A stretch of 63,230 nt of DNA, counting the filler, from Octopus bimaculoides (taxonomy: Eukaryota), in assembly GCF_001194135.2 (NCBI RefSeq). It is 6 parts of 6 records of this genome, joined end to end, with 100 filler letters (N's around TTAATTAATTAA, not from the genome) between each part and the next. Parts side by side here need not be neighbours in the genome. Positions count along the whole stretch, not along the records: positions 1 to 20,419 come from NC_068986.1; 5 more parts are not named here. The stretch is one strand, 5' to 3'. Positions 1 to 11,479 of the stretch are shown one piece after another. The number at the start of each line of letters is the position of its first letter. Within the stretch, counting starts at the first letter, position 1. The notes beneath the pieces were generated by a model, which worked only from the letters and a program-made list of their open reading frames with translations, made no database searches and was not told the origin of the DNA. A program made the translations under genes and the position numbers.

Positions 1-347
1 CATATTTACCGAAATCGAGATGCAGCTTACTTCACAGTTTTGCTGTATTAATTGAGAAACCAGTGGTTTGCCGTTAAATTAAATGTTTTTAGGAGGTTAA
101 TTTTTGAAAGTTGCATTTCCCTCGCTTTCGGTAAATATGTTGCTTATTTTTTGGTAGTTTTTGACTTATTTAGTCCCTCTAAGCATGAAGCATTACTATA
201 TAGTTAATGCCCTTATATAAATTATATATTTATGGAAAAAAACGATGGGTTTTTTTCCTTATGGGGTTTTTCACGCTGACTACTTGATAAATTCTTATAA
301 AGATTTTATCCTATATTATATTATATATGTAGATATGTAGATACAGG

Positions 348-383
<36 letters not shown>

Positions 384-444
384 TAGATAGATATATATAT
401 ATAGATATAGATAGATAGATAGATAGATATAGATATAGATAAAA

Positions 445-658
445 GAGGAGGTGTTGAAAAGTTTCTGGTTTTGGGTAAAATAAAATATGGGAGGACCGGT
501 TAATTATGATTTTATTCAACGTATTCCCCTCTCAGATTCAGACACTTATTGCAGTGGTCCTTCAGTTTTTCTAAACCCTGTAAAAGAACTTGGAAGGTTG
601 GGCCTCCAACCAGCCCTTTCATGATGCCCTTAAAACCAGGAACTTTTCAGCACCCTCT
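445..658. mobile_element. mariner-type MITE (~215 bp), copy 1
   Basis: Terminal inverted repeats GAGG(A)GGTGTTGAAAAGTTTCTGGTTTT / AAAACCAGGAACTTTTCAGCACCCTC. A second diverged copy of the whole element lies at 44439-44656. Confidence 0.7.
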
Positions 659-721
659 CATGTGTGTGTGTGTGTGTGTGTGTACACACACACACAAACA
701 CACTGACATACATATATATTT

Positions 722-965
722 TCTTTTATTCTTTTATTCTTTTCCGTCATTTGACTGCGGCCATGCTGGAGCACAACCTTTAGTCGAACAAATCGACCCC
801 AAGACTTATTCTTTGTAAGCCTAGTACTTATGCATACATACATACATACATATACATACAATGGGCTTCTTTCAGTTTCCGTCTACCAAATTCACTCACA
901 AGGCTTTGCTTGGCCTGAGGCTATAGTAGAAGTCACTTGACTAAGGTGCCATTCCATGGGACTCA
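722..965 (-). mobile_element. SINE family A (tRNA head + CORE-like body), partial
   Basis: Matches the tail and body of the full copy at 6108-6495. Confidence 0.8.
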
Positions 966-1039
966 TATTTTTACAGAAAAATTCCTCTATTTACATAATA
1001 TCGAGGTCTCTTCCTTTCTTTTGTTGTCCTTTCTATCAA

Positions 1040-1197
1040 TCATCATCATCATCATCATCGTTTAACGTCCACTTTCCATGCTAGCATGGGTTGGACGATT
1101 TGACTGAGGACTGGTGAAACCGGATGGCAACACCAGGCTCCAGTCTAAATTTGGCAGAGTTTCTACAGCTGGATGCCCTTCCTAACGCCAACCACTC
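1040..1197 (-). mobile_element. SINE family C 3' part (GGAAGGGCATCC V-domain-like motif, (GAT)n tail)
   Basis: Same sequence recurs at 3950-4400, 7870-8450, 8750-9050, 11477-11720, 14295-14490 and 19027-19640. Confidence 0.8.
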
Positions 1198-1299
1198 ATA
1201 TATATTTATTATATTTATATATATATATATATATATAAATGTCTGATTAGATGTACACTGATCACTGGTAATATGTATCAATATTACAAAATCGTTTTT

Positions 1300-1515
1300 A
1301 AGGCAGTGAGCAGGCAAAGTCATTAGCATGCTTGACAAAATACTTAGTGCCATTTCATCTGTCCTTATGTCCTGAGTTAAAATTTCACTGAGGTTGACTT
1401 TAACTTCCATCCTTTCAGGGTGGATAAAATAAGTACTAGTTGATTACTGGGAATGACATAATTGACTACCCTGCTCCTCTTGAAATTGCCGGCCTTGTGC
1501 TAATATTTGACACCA
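1300..1515 (+). mobile_element. SINE family B (Nin/Deu-like central domain), diverged
   Basis: Carries the cttccatcctttcagggtggataaaataagtactag motif shared with more than 10 copies in the window. Confidence 0.7.
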
Positions 1516-1638
1516 ATGTTACAAGATCTTAGTTTTATTTCCGTTTGTATTTATGAGAAAATATATCCAGCATGTATCCATGCTGAAATATACTTAACTA
1601 AAGAATATGTGTTATGTGAAAAATTCCAATCTTAGACC

Positions 1639-1938
1639 ATATAGTTTTAGGGAAAATAACCAAGTTTCAAGAACTCATCGATGAAAATCCACTATCACAT
1701 ATAGAAAAATTAATAATTAAAAGCACAATAAATGAGTATAATATAAAGTAAAGTAAATATCATAAGATAAATATAATTATATTTATATTTATTATATTTA
1801 TTATATTTATCTTATGATATTTACTTTACTTTATATTATACTCATTTATTGTGCTTTTAATTATTAATTTTTCTATATGTGATAGTGGATTTTCATCGGT
1901 GAGTTCTTGAAACTTGGTTATTTTCCCTAAAACTATAT
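1639..1938. repeat. near-perfect long inverted repeat (139-bp arms, 22-nt spacer)
   Basis: Arms 1639-1777 and 1800-1938 aligned base by base: 138/139 complementary, with the only mismatch T1678/G1899. Confidence 0.95.
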
Positions 1939-2041
1939 ATTTCATATATATTTTATCTATAAAGCTCAATTTATTTTAAATTTTTTATAAATTGATTTTA
2001 ATTGAGTTTTTACCTGTAATTTTGGATTTTGTCCCTAATAT

Positions 2042-2083
<42 letters not shown>

Positions 2084-2463
2084 TCATATAAACAATCTTA
2101 TTGTACAGTCCTCCTCTGTCATCACCACCACATTTGACTAACCACTCTTTGAGCCAATGAAAAGAACCTTTATGTGGTCACTGGACCAGCTAAAAATTTA
2201 AAGCCAGATATCCATCAAATCACACCTTGCTGTCTACAATCTTAAAGAACACATTAATTTGAACAATTTCATGTAATGTCTCATAAAACGACAGGGTGCA
2301 TGGCTGGAAGTCTTTCATCATCGGTCTACATGAATGAAAGCTGACCTTGGGGCTAAACACTATCACTAACAACAACAACAACATCAACAACATCACTAGC
2401 TTTCTTCAACCTGTTTCTTAAACTTATTATTTATTTTCTAACCTTTAATGTTTATTCTTTCAG

Positions 2464-2553
2464 GAATCACAGCTGGGCTCCGAGAGACAGCCAGTACCAA
2501 AGGTTGTGTACAACTATAAACTGTCACGTCCAAATAGCAGTTCCTTGCCTTTG
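2464..2553 (+). CDS. candidate internal exon, 90 nt (ESQLGSERQPVPKVVYNYKLSRPNSSSLPL in phase 0)
   Basis: Polypyrimidine acceptor tttattctttcAG, donor TTG/GTATGT, length a multiple of 3, open frame, and non-repetitive sequence. No recognisable domain. Confidence 0.5.
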
Positions 2554-2672
2554 GTATGTAATTCTTTCTTTAGAATTCTTTAGCTTTGATTGTTGTTCTT
2601 TTTGTAGCTAGTTACCTAATCTAATATCTGACAAAAATACAGAGTGGGTAGAGACGTATGTACATAGCCACT

Positions 2673-2822
2673 AGCATAGCTAGGAGGATACGGTAGGGGT
2701 AGTCTGCCTTGGGCAGCACTTTTAAAGGGGCAGCAGTTTTGGGTCTGCTGTAGGCAATATGTGTTTTTGTGGGGGCAGCAGAGGGAAGGGCCACCCCAGG
2801 CAGCACACACTCTAGCTATGCT
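2673..2822. mobile_element. small GC-rich MITE (~150 bp)
   Basis: Perfect 11-bp terminal inverted repeat AGCATAGCTAG / CTAGCTATGCT around a GC-rich interior in an AT-rich context. No clear TSD. Confidence 0.45.
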
Positions 2823-3949
2823 TGTGTACATAGGTACATACATACATTCATATATACACATATACATATTGACATATTCAGCTGAGAGGTTCTTCCTTAG
2901 AAGGCGTGTGGATGCTGGTGTCACATAAAAGCACTCATGCTGGTGCCATGTAAAAGTATCCAATTCAGTGCCATTCTAGTGGCACATAAAAGTGCCTGTG
3001 TTAGTGCCACATAGAAGCACCTATGCTGGTACTGCATTAATGCACTCGTACTAGTGCCACGTAAAAATGCCAGTGCTGGTATCACAGAAAAACCACCCAG
3101 TACATTCTGTTGATGTTAAGAAGAGCATCCAGCCATGGAAACCATGCCAAAATAGACAAATTGGAACCTGGGCAGCTATCCCAGCTGGCCACCCTTGTCA
3201 AACCATCCGGCTCAAGCCAGAATGGAAAGCAGATGTTATTCACATTTTGATTTACATGTACAGGTGCACACATGCTCTCACATATATACACAATACATAT
3301 ATGTATATGGTGCCTTGAAATGTGTAATGGCAGAAATTAGATTTTGTATAGCTGAAATTAATTGCAACGGCATGTTATAAGATGTGAAAGATGAACAATA
3401 CCTGGAGCTTTGAGGAAATATTTATTTACCGTTACATTGAATATACCTTGCCTCAATGGGCAGGTGATAAAATCCTAGAGCATGCAAAGTAAAAAGGTTA
3501 ATTTCGGCCTGTGTGTTTTTATTGTAGTAGTATGTTCTTATTGTAGTAGTAAACCATAGAGAGAGATATGGTAATGTGCAGAGAAGACAAAGTAATTTAG
3601 TGAAAGTGAGAGAGTGTGGGAAGTTGAGTCTCATAGCTGCTGACAGTAAATTTTATTTCTCCATTTGACCATTGTCTTTAGTAGCTGTCTTGCTTGTGAT
3701 CATGATTCTAGCATTCTGCTCCCTAACTGATGGTATCTGTCTCTGACTTGAGTTGTCATTCATTAACTAACTGATTGAGTTGTCACGAGCCCACTAACTG
3801 GGTTGTCACCAAGTGACTAACTGATTTTTGCTTGGGGGTTCTTGCTTTTATAACTATCCAGAAGGATAGACATATCGTTGAGAACAATGGATTTCGTTGG
3901 TGGTACAAACCAAAATCACTGACGTGGCCGATGACAGTTTCACCTGATT

Positions 3950-4400
3950 GGCACTCGTGCCAGTGGAATGTTAAAAGCACATCAAAGCGTGATCATTGCC
4001 AGGGCTACGAATTGGCTCCCATGCCGGTGACACGTGAAAAGCACCATTTGAGTGTGATCATTGCCAGCATCGCCTTACCAGCACATGTGCCGGTGGCACA
4101 TGAAAAACAACATTCGAGTGTTGTCATTGCCAGTGCTGCTGGACTGACTCCCGTGCAGGTAGCACGTAAATACACCTTTTGAGCATGGTCGTTACCAGAA
4201 CCGCCTGACTGGCCCTTGTGCTGGTGGCAAGTAAAAAGCACCCACTACACTCTCGGAGTGGTTGGCGTTAGGAAGGGCATCCAGCTGTAGAAACTTTGCC
4301 TGATCAGATTAAGCCTAGTGCAGCCTCTGACTCACCAGTCCTCAGTCAAACCGTCCAGCCCATGCCAGCATGGAAAGTGGACGTTAAACGATGATGATGA
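3950..4400 (+). mobile_element. SINE family C with internal ~65-nt tandem units
   Basis: Repeated gtggcacgtaaaaagcacc units, then GGTTGGCGTTAGGAAGGGCATCCAGCTGTAG and a (GAT)n tail. Confidence 0.8.
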
Positions 4401-6107
4401 TGATCTTTTTACTTTGTGCCTGAAGGAAACTTCAGGGATTTTGAATTGGGGTGAAACACATACATCTAGGGAAGCATTGTTCTTTCCTATGCATTTTTTT
4501 AGCAGGTATTTGCAGGAATGCTGACTGAGGGAGCTGTTTGGATTCTCAGGATCACTTTTCATTTATTATAAATATATATATATATACATTTAGATGCATA
4601 CATACATGTATTTATGTGTATGTGTGGGTGTATTCTACTGTTTTATTCTTTTATTTGGGGCACCACCTTGTAGAATTTTCATTGAACAAAGTAACCTCAG
4701 TACGTCATCATTAAACTGAAAGTATCTCACATTACAACAGAGACGTTATTGTTTCATTTTGACACATAATATTGAAATAGTGTAAGAGATAAGAGATTGC
4801 TCTGGCTTCACATTAGGCAAGAAGTTGAAATTTTTTTGGTCCATGACACTGCCTTTCTCCTCTGCATCCTAGGCCTTTCTACCTCTTCCGTTGACCATGG
4901 TATTTCATAACCGCTGTGTCAGCTAGAAGGACAGATATACTGCAGCAGAGATTGTGCCTAAATAGGTCAGCTCCTGTCCATTTGAACTTTGCTTGATATG
5001 GCTGAGGTCGTAGGTCAAAGGGAGATGATTTATAATTTTTTGGCAGGACAAAGAAAACCTTTTTTCGCGCCTGTTGAATGTGGTAGTTTGGACGACCGAG
5101 AATCTTTAGATACAGTTTCAAATCTAAGCTTGGAGAAGGATGTGTTAATTTTTACAACAGTGTCGTCTGTAATATCCATGGGCATTGGGTAAATCATCAT
5201 GAAATGAATAACGAGACATTTGTATGTCATTTGATTTAAGTGACAGAAACCTGTACAACCCTTTTGTGATCCTCTCAGTTGCCATAGTAAGTTCCCACAA
5301 CAAGCATTGCAAGATGACAGGTACTATTTTGACTGTGAGTTATGTCAGAGTACCTTTCTCCTAAAAGGGCTCCTTCCCTTAAAGCTTTGTCAAAAATAAT
5401 GGGAGCCTCCGCTATTCTTGGGAAATCTATTTAACCACAAAGACAAACACACAGACACACACACACATGCACTCTTTATAATCTCTCACTCCAGTTGTCA
5501 CGCAATCACAAGTTAAATAGGNNNNNNNNNNCCACCACCACCACCACTGCCACCGCCACCACCACCATCACCACCACCGCCGCCACCTCCGCCTCCACTT
5601 ATATGTTTGTTTTTATGATTAGTTATAATAAAAGCAATTTTACATCAATTTGTGGTGTTACTCTGTACTTTAGCAGAGTACAAATTCTTGTCTAAGAACA
5701 TACACACACACACACACACACATGTACACAAACTCACACATGCACACACATCTATATACATATTAGAATTATTATTATAAAGATATATACTTGCCTGGTT
5801 CCATGTTGCATTCTTAATTTAACTGGGTTTTTTTTAATAATAGCCCTTAATACTCATCTTTTATAATTATACTTTATGTATGATCAAGACATTACCCCTA
5901 ATCTTTACATAGACATAATTAAAACCCTTAATTATCAGTTTTGAATTTTAATAGTTAATAATTGTAAACATCACTAGCTCCAATTCCCAACTCTTGTCTC
6001 TGTAACAAGTTTTATTATAATAATACATTTTAAATTTAAATACCATTCATTCTAGTTTGTTGCACATTTCCTCATCTAACAGCTTCAGTCCTACCTTTCT
6101 CTATTAC

Positions 6108-6495
6108 TCTCTTTTACTCTTTTACTTGTTTCAGTCATTTGACTGCGGCCATGCTGGAGCACTGCCTTTAGTCAAGCAAATCGACCCCAAGGACTTATTC
6201 TTTGTAAGCTTAGTACTTATTCTGTCAGTCTCTTTTTGCCGAACAGCTAAACACACCAGCATTGGTTGTCAAGCTATATTGGGGGGATAAACACAGACAC
6301 ACAAACACATACATATATATATACATATATACGATGGGCTTCTTTCAGTTTCCGTCTACGAAATCCACTCACAAGGCTTTGGTCGCCCCGAGGCTATAGT
6401 AGAAGATACTTGCCCAAGGTTTCACGCAGTGGGACTGAACCCGGGACCATGTGGTTGGTAGGCAAGCTACTTACCACACAGCCACTCCTACGCCT
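6108..6495 (-). mobile_element. SINE family A, full length
   Basis: On the minus strand: Pol III A box TGGCTGTGTGG, B box GGTTCAGTCCC, CORE-like ccttgggcaagt body and gtaaaaga-repeat tail. Other copies lie at 11725-11850, 14495-14655, 17395-17540, 28980-29268, 44236-44400, 48815-49125, 58270-58600 and 59170-59520. Confidence 0.85.
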
Positions 6496-6846
6496 ATTGA
6501 AGTTATTTTTAATGTCATAGTTGACGTTACCATCATATTAAGTTGTACGTGTAATTCTAAGGCCCAACATTGTGACTCTGTGTCAGGCTTAATAATACTG
6601 AAAACTACGTTAAGGATAGACCTGTCTGAGGCGTGCTCAGCTACATGCACGTTAATTATGTGTACAGGTTGTTTGGTTGATCTCATCAACTGGAATATTC
6701 ATCGCTTTGAGGGAGAGCCAGTCCATCTATTCGAGTGAGACACAAGATTCTCTGTCATCAGAATCAATGCTACTGTAATTGTTGATGCAACTGTTGTTTC
6801 AGCATTTCATTTTAACTGTGTCTTCTGCAGCTACTTTCATTGTAGG

Positions 6847-6882
<36 letters not shown>

Positions 6883-7072
6883 ATATANNNNNNNNNNCAT
6901 GGCTGCAGTCAAATGACTGAAACAAGTAAAAGAGTTAAAGAGAGTATTCAAACCTTCAGTTCTGATAAGTCAAAGTACCCAGTCAATAATGCAAATTGGA
7001 AACTCTTGCTAAATAAACATAATCTACTTTGCTTGTAACTGCATTGAGTTCTTTACTTAGATTGTGAATCTA

Positions 7073-7455
7073 AGGTGGTAAGCTGGCAGAAACATTAGCA
7101 TACCGGACAAAATGCTTAGCGGTATTTTGTCTGCCGTTATGTTCTGAGTTCAAATTCTGCCGAGGTTAACTTTGCCTTTCATTCTTTTGGGGTCGATAAA
7201 TTAAGTACCAGTTGTGCACTGGGTCGATGTAATTGCCTTAATCCGTTTGTCTGTCCTTGTTTGTCCCCTCTGTGTGTAGCCCCTTGTGGGCAGTAAAGAA
7301 ATAGGTATTTCATCTGTCTTTATGTTCTGAGTTCAAATTCCGCTGAGGTCAATTTTGCCTTTTATCCTTTTTGGGGTTGATAAATTAAGTACCAGTTGTG
7401 TAATGTGGTCAATCTAATTGACTGCCACCCCACTTCCCCAGAATAGAAAAGATTA
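7073..7455 (+). mobile_element. SINE family B, dimeric form
   Basis: Head followed by two tandem Nin/Deu-like bodies joined by a gtttgtctgtccttgtttgtcccc linker. The same layout occurs at 31305-31678. Confidence 0.8.
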
Positions 7456-7869
7456 TTTCGATGTTAATCTATTTGTGTTTATAAGCACACACATCATCGT
7501 CATCATCATCATCATTGTCATCATCATCATTACCATCCAATCCATGACCACCACCATTGACACAAACATTTTGATCCAATCAAGAAGCCTTTAATTTATC
7601 ATAGCCATACTAGAAACAACAGTCAACTCCATCTCAAATCATATCCCACTATATTTGTTTCAAATCTTGGCACAAGGCCAGCAATTGTGGGGGAGGGTAC
7701 AAGTCTATTAAATCGACCCCAGTGTTCAACTAGTAATTATTTTTTTGACTCCAAAAGGATGAAAGGCAATGTTCACCATAGCAACATTTGAACTCAGAAC
7801 ATAAAGTTTGAAGAAAGCTGCAAAGTAATTTTTCCGGTGCAATAATGGTTTCTGCCAGCTCATCACATT

Positions 7870-8450
7870 AATCATCATCATCATTTAACGTCTGTTTTCC
7901 ATGCTGGCATGGGCTGGACGATTTGACTGAGGATTGGTAAATCAGTAGGCTGCACCAGGCTCCAATCTGATTTGGCAAGGTTTCTACAGCTGGATGCCCT
8001 TCCTAATGCCAACCACTCTGAGAGCGTAGTGGGTGCTTTTTACATGCCACCAGTACAGGAGCCAATCAGGCAGCACTGGCATCGACCACATTCAGATGGT
8101 GCTTTTTACGTACCACCGGCACAGGAGCCAGTCAGGGGACATTGGCATCGACCACGTTCAGATGGTGCTTTTTACANNNNNNNNNNNNNNNNNNNNNNNN
8201 NNNNNNATTCAGATGGTGCTTTTTACGTACCACCGGCACAGGAGCCAGTCAGGGGACATTGGCATCGACCACGTTCAGATGGTGCTTTTTACATGTTACT
8301 GGCATGGGGAGCCAGTCATGTGGTACTGGCATTGACCTATACTTGAATGGTGCTTATTACGTGCCACTGGCACAGGTGCCATTCAGGTGGCACTGGCACT
8401 GGCCACGACTACAACTTCAATTTTGATTTCGATTTTACTTGACTCAATAG
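7870..8450 (-). mobile_element. SINE family C with internal 66-nt tandem array
   Basis: Unit starts at 8092 and 8158 are exactly 66 nt apart. Further units flank a 30-N gap. Confidence 0.8.
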
Positions 8451-8517
8451 ATCTTCTCAAGCACAGCGTAACCCACTATATTGAAAAAAAAAAAAAAAAA
8501 AAAAGGATGCAACAGAT

Positions 8518-9191
8518 CAGAAGTCCTCAACCATTTTCCTTTATCTATGAACCTTTTTAATTGCTATTTTATTTTGGTGGACCCCCATAACCATTCGATG
8601 TTTAAAAACTAATATTATAGCTACTTCTTTCAAGATTTCTATTTTGTTTTTCACACACCAACTTGAGTAGGTTGAACAACGTAAAATGTTTGAGAAAGAA
8701 ACCAAGCTGTTTCTTGCAATACATACCAATACATACCAATACATACATCATCATCATCATCATCATTGTTTAACGTCCGCTTTCCATGCTAGCATGGGTT
8801 GGACGATTTGACTGAGAACTGGTGAAACCAGGTGGCTGCATCAGGCTCCAATCTGATTTGGCAGAGTTTCCACAGCTGGATGCCCTTCCTAACACCAACC
8901 ACTCCGAGAGTGTAGTGGGTGCTTTTTATGTACCACCGGCACGAAGGCCAGTCAGGTGGTACTGGCAACGGCCACGCTCAAAATAGTGTATTTTACGTGC
9001 CACCTGCACAGGAGACAGTCCAGCGGCACTGGCACGATCTCGCTCGAATGTCTTTCCATATAAAGATAAATTTTTTCAGGGACCCTTAAAATATTATTGT
9101 GGATCCCCAATTTACCATTTTCTTACATGGACACCCCCAAAATCTTATATGGACCCTCAGGGGCCATATGGATCCCATTTCAGAACCACTG
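8518..9191. mobile_element. hAT-like MITE interrupted by a family C SINE (8750-9050)
   Basis: Ends CAGAAGTCCTCAACC and TTTCAGAACCACTG resemble the CAGTGGTTCTCAA hAT TIR. The 8-bp flanks caacagat/cagtagat match at 6/8. Related fragments lie at 42600-42680 and 62560-62580. Confidence 0.55.
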
Positions 9192-9597
9192 CAGTAGATA
9201 ATACTGTTCTCTAAACACTACATGTAAATAATTGACATGTTGGTCACAACTGGAGCGTCTATGATCATAGCTTTGCTCATTCAGCACTGACCTGATACAA
9301 CAACAAACAACAGACACTACTTCAACTACTATGATTACCATGACAACAGATGGTATCCTCGCTCTCACCTTGCCCTACAAATACTCAGACCTCATTCTTT
9401 AACCCGTCACAAAACCACTGCCTGGTTATAATTTGGTTGCTGACCTTGTGACCTTTATGTAACCTTTCTCTCCATTTAATTACATCCTCCTCTTTATTAA
9501 ATTGCATGTAATCTGTATCTTTTCCTATTTCAGACATCTTCCTTTCTTATCTCTTTCTTTTTCACTTTATCTTTTTCCTTTTTATTCATACTCATAC

Positions 9598-9673
<76 letters not shown>

Positions 9674-10119
9674 TTATGTATGTATGCATGGATAAATATA
9701 TATGGATACGCACACATATGCACATATACATACACACACACAAATATAGACATATATACCCTCATAATGACATTAAATTGTATCCTGTGGTGAAGCTCCA
9801 GCTCAAAAGTTCAGGAATTTTTTTTTTGTCAAGTATGGAGATGTCATCTCTATTCCCAGGTCAACTTGGACCCAGGGCAGTAATATCAGTCAAATGACAC
9901 AATAACATTAACAGAGTCCACTGTAAATAAGCTGACGGAGGCAGCAGAAAACTCTTGCTATATCTTTCCCAAGAAAGATACAACAGATTTTTGGCGTGGA
10001 GGGGACCCATAATAGGTGACACCTGTAGGCATGGTAAATGATATACTGTATATCATAATCATCGTTGTTGTCATCATCGTTGTTGTCATCATCATCATCA
10101 TCATCACAATCATCATCAC

Positions 10120-11290
10120 TGTAAAGGAAAAATTTGAAACATTTTCTGACCACACGTCTCTATATGTTTGCTCAGTGGAATTTGGTGAACATTGGTGTTC
10201 TGGGTATGTTGTTTGTGGACTCATGAGCATTCTGATAATGCATTCCCTGTCTCTCCTATATATAATTCCTTGCAATTCGGGCATTTAATACAGTAGATCA
10301 AATTTCTGCTTTTGCAGTTCATATCTGCATTTGCAAAAATCTGTCCATTTTTTGTTCGAATGGATCTACTCAAATGCATGTATTGACACGTTCCACATCT
10401 GTTATCATTACACTTGGATAATGTGAATGTTTTATCCTGTTTGTTCATGTTGAATTTTGCTTTTGTTAATAGTTTCTTTAGGTTATGTGGTTGTCTTTTG
10501 CTTAAGATAAGTGTTTGATTAGTTATGTTTTTTAATTTTTCACTTTGTTTTTATGATTGGCTAATTTGTTTTGATGATGTTAAAAATGTTTCGGTGATGT
10601 GGATTGTGTGTTACTAGAAATGGTATTGTGTTCCTTTGTTGGGCTCATTTTTTCGTGTTGCTCTAAGTACCTCTTTTGCTCGTTGTATGCTATTTTCTAT
10701 AAGTAGGAGAGGATAATTTTGCTTGAGCAAAAATCCTTTGTCTTCTATAAGTCGTGTGTTTCTGGTATTTGGATCATCAACTATAGTACAAATTTTCCTG
10801 GCTAGACAGTACAGGATGTTGCATTTTGTGTGTATTGGGTGACATGATTTGAAATTTAGGTACTGGTGTTGTTTCTGTGCTTTTGTAATAAATATCAGTT
10901 GTGATTGTATTGTTTTAATTACCATTATGTCAAGAAATGGTAATTGTGTGTTACCCATTTCTCTTGTGAATTTAAGACTAGGGTGTAGATTATTGAGGAG
11001 GGAGCTGAATTTCTCCAGAATTTCTAGGGATTTGGTCCAAATTAGGAAACAATCATTGAGGTATCTTTTCAATGTGTCCTCTATGTCTTTTAAAGGTCAA
11101 GCCATAGTTCTCTTCAATCTTTTTATATAGGTCTTGTTCCAAGTATCCCAATTCCGAGTTTGCCAAAACTGGAGCAAATCGCGTCCCTATAGCTGTGCCT
11201 CAAATTTGGAAGTAGTTTTTTCCATTGCAAAGGAATGTATTGTCTTTGAGGATGAGGCTGACCATGTCAAGAACTTGACTGCTAGTTAAG
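10120..11290 (-). mobile_element. Penelope-like retroelement relic (RT + GIY-YIG endonuclease)
   Basis: Minus-strand motifs GTAIGTRFAPVLAN, RYLNDCF, LPFLD, SCHP, linker KCNDNRCGTC and NLIYCIKCPNCKELYIGETG. The frame is broken by stops and frameshifts. Confidence 0.92.
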
Positions 11291-11443
11291 CACATTTGAA
11301 ATCTGATGAGTACATGAAAGCGCTAATTTATGTATGAAAGCACTAATTTTGTTGAAATACCAAAATAAAAAATGTGAAAACCAGACCATGTTTTAACTTT
11401 ATTCAACTAATATATTATTCTATACACATTCACACAAATTCAA

Positions 11444-11479
<36 letters not shown>

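Noticed and set aside
316-861. Many 60-130-aa ORFs rich in IY/YI, CV, HT, poly-I, poly-D or poly-T throughout the window
   Set aside because: They are translations of (TA)n, (CA)n, (AAT)n and (GAT)n repeats or of SINE bodies.
1885-1930. Hammerhead-like cg(a/g)tga-gttctt-gaaac in the palindrome family (also 17235-17250)
   Set aside because: The core does not match CUGANGA, and I could not form stem I or a credible stem II.
4879-5230. Overlapping unique-looking ORFs of 66-80 aa on both strands
   Set aside because: No recognisable motif or convincing splice-site pair. It may be a decayed element, but I cannot support a call.
6420-6495. tRNA-like sequences with A and B boxes (also 12745-12818, 49905-49978, 53640-53715)
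   Set aside because: They are SINE heads continuous with SINE bodies, with no proper acceptor stem or terminator.
8040-8300. Regular repeat array resembling CRISPR
   Set aside because: The units are contiguous 66-mers with no unique spacers, inside a SINE, in a eukaryotic context with no cas genes.
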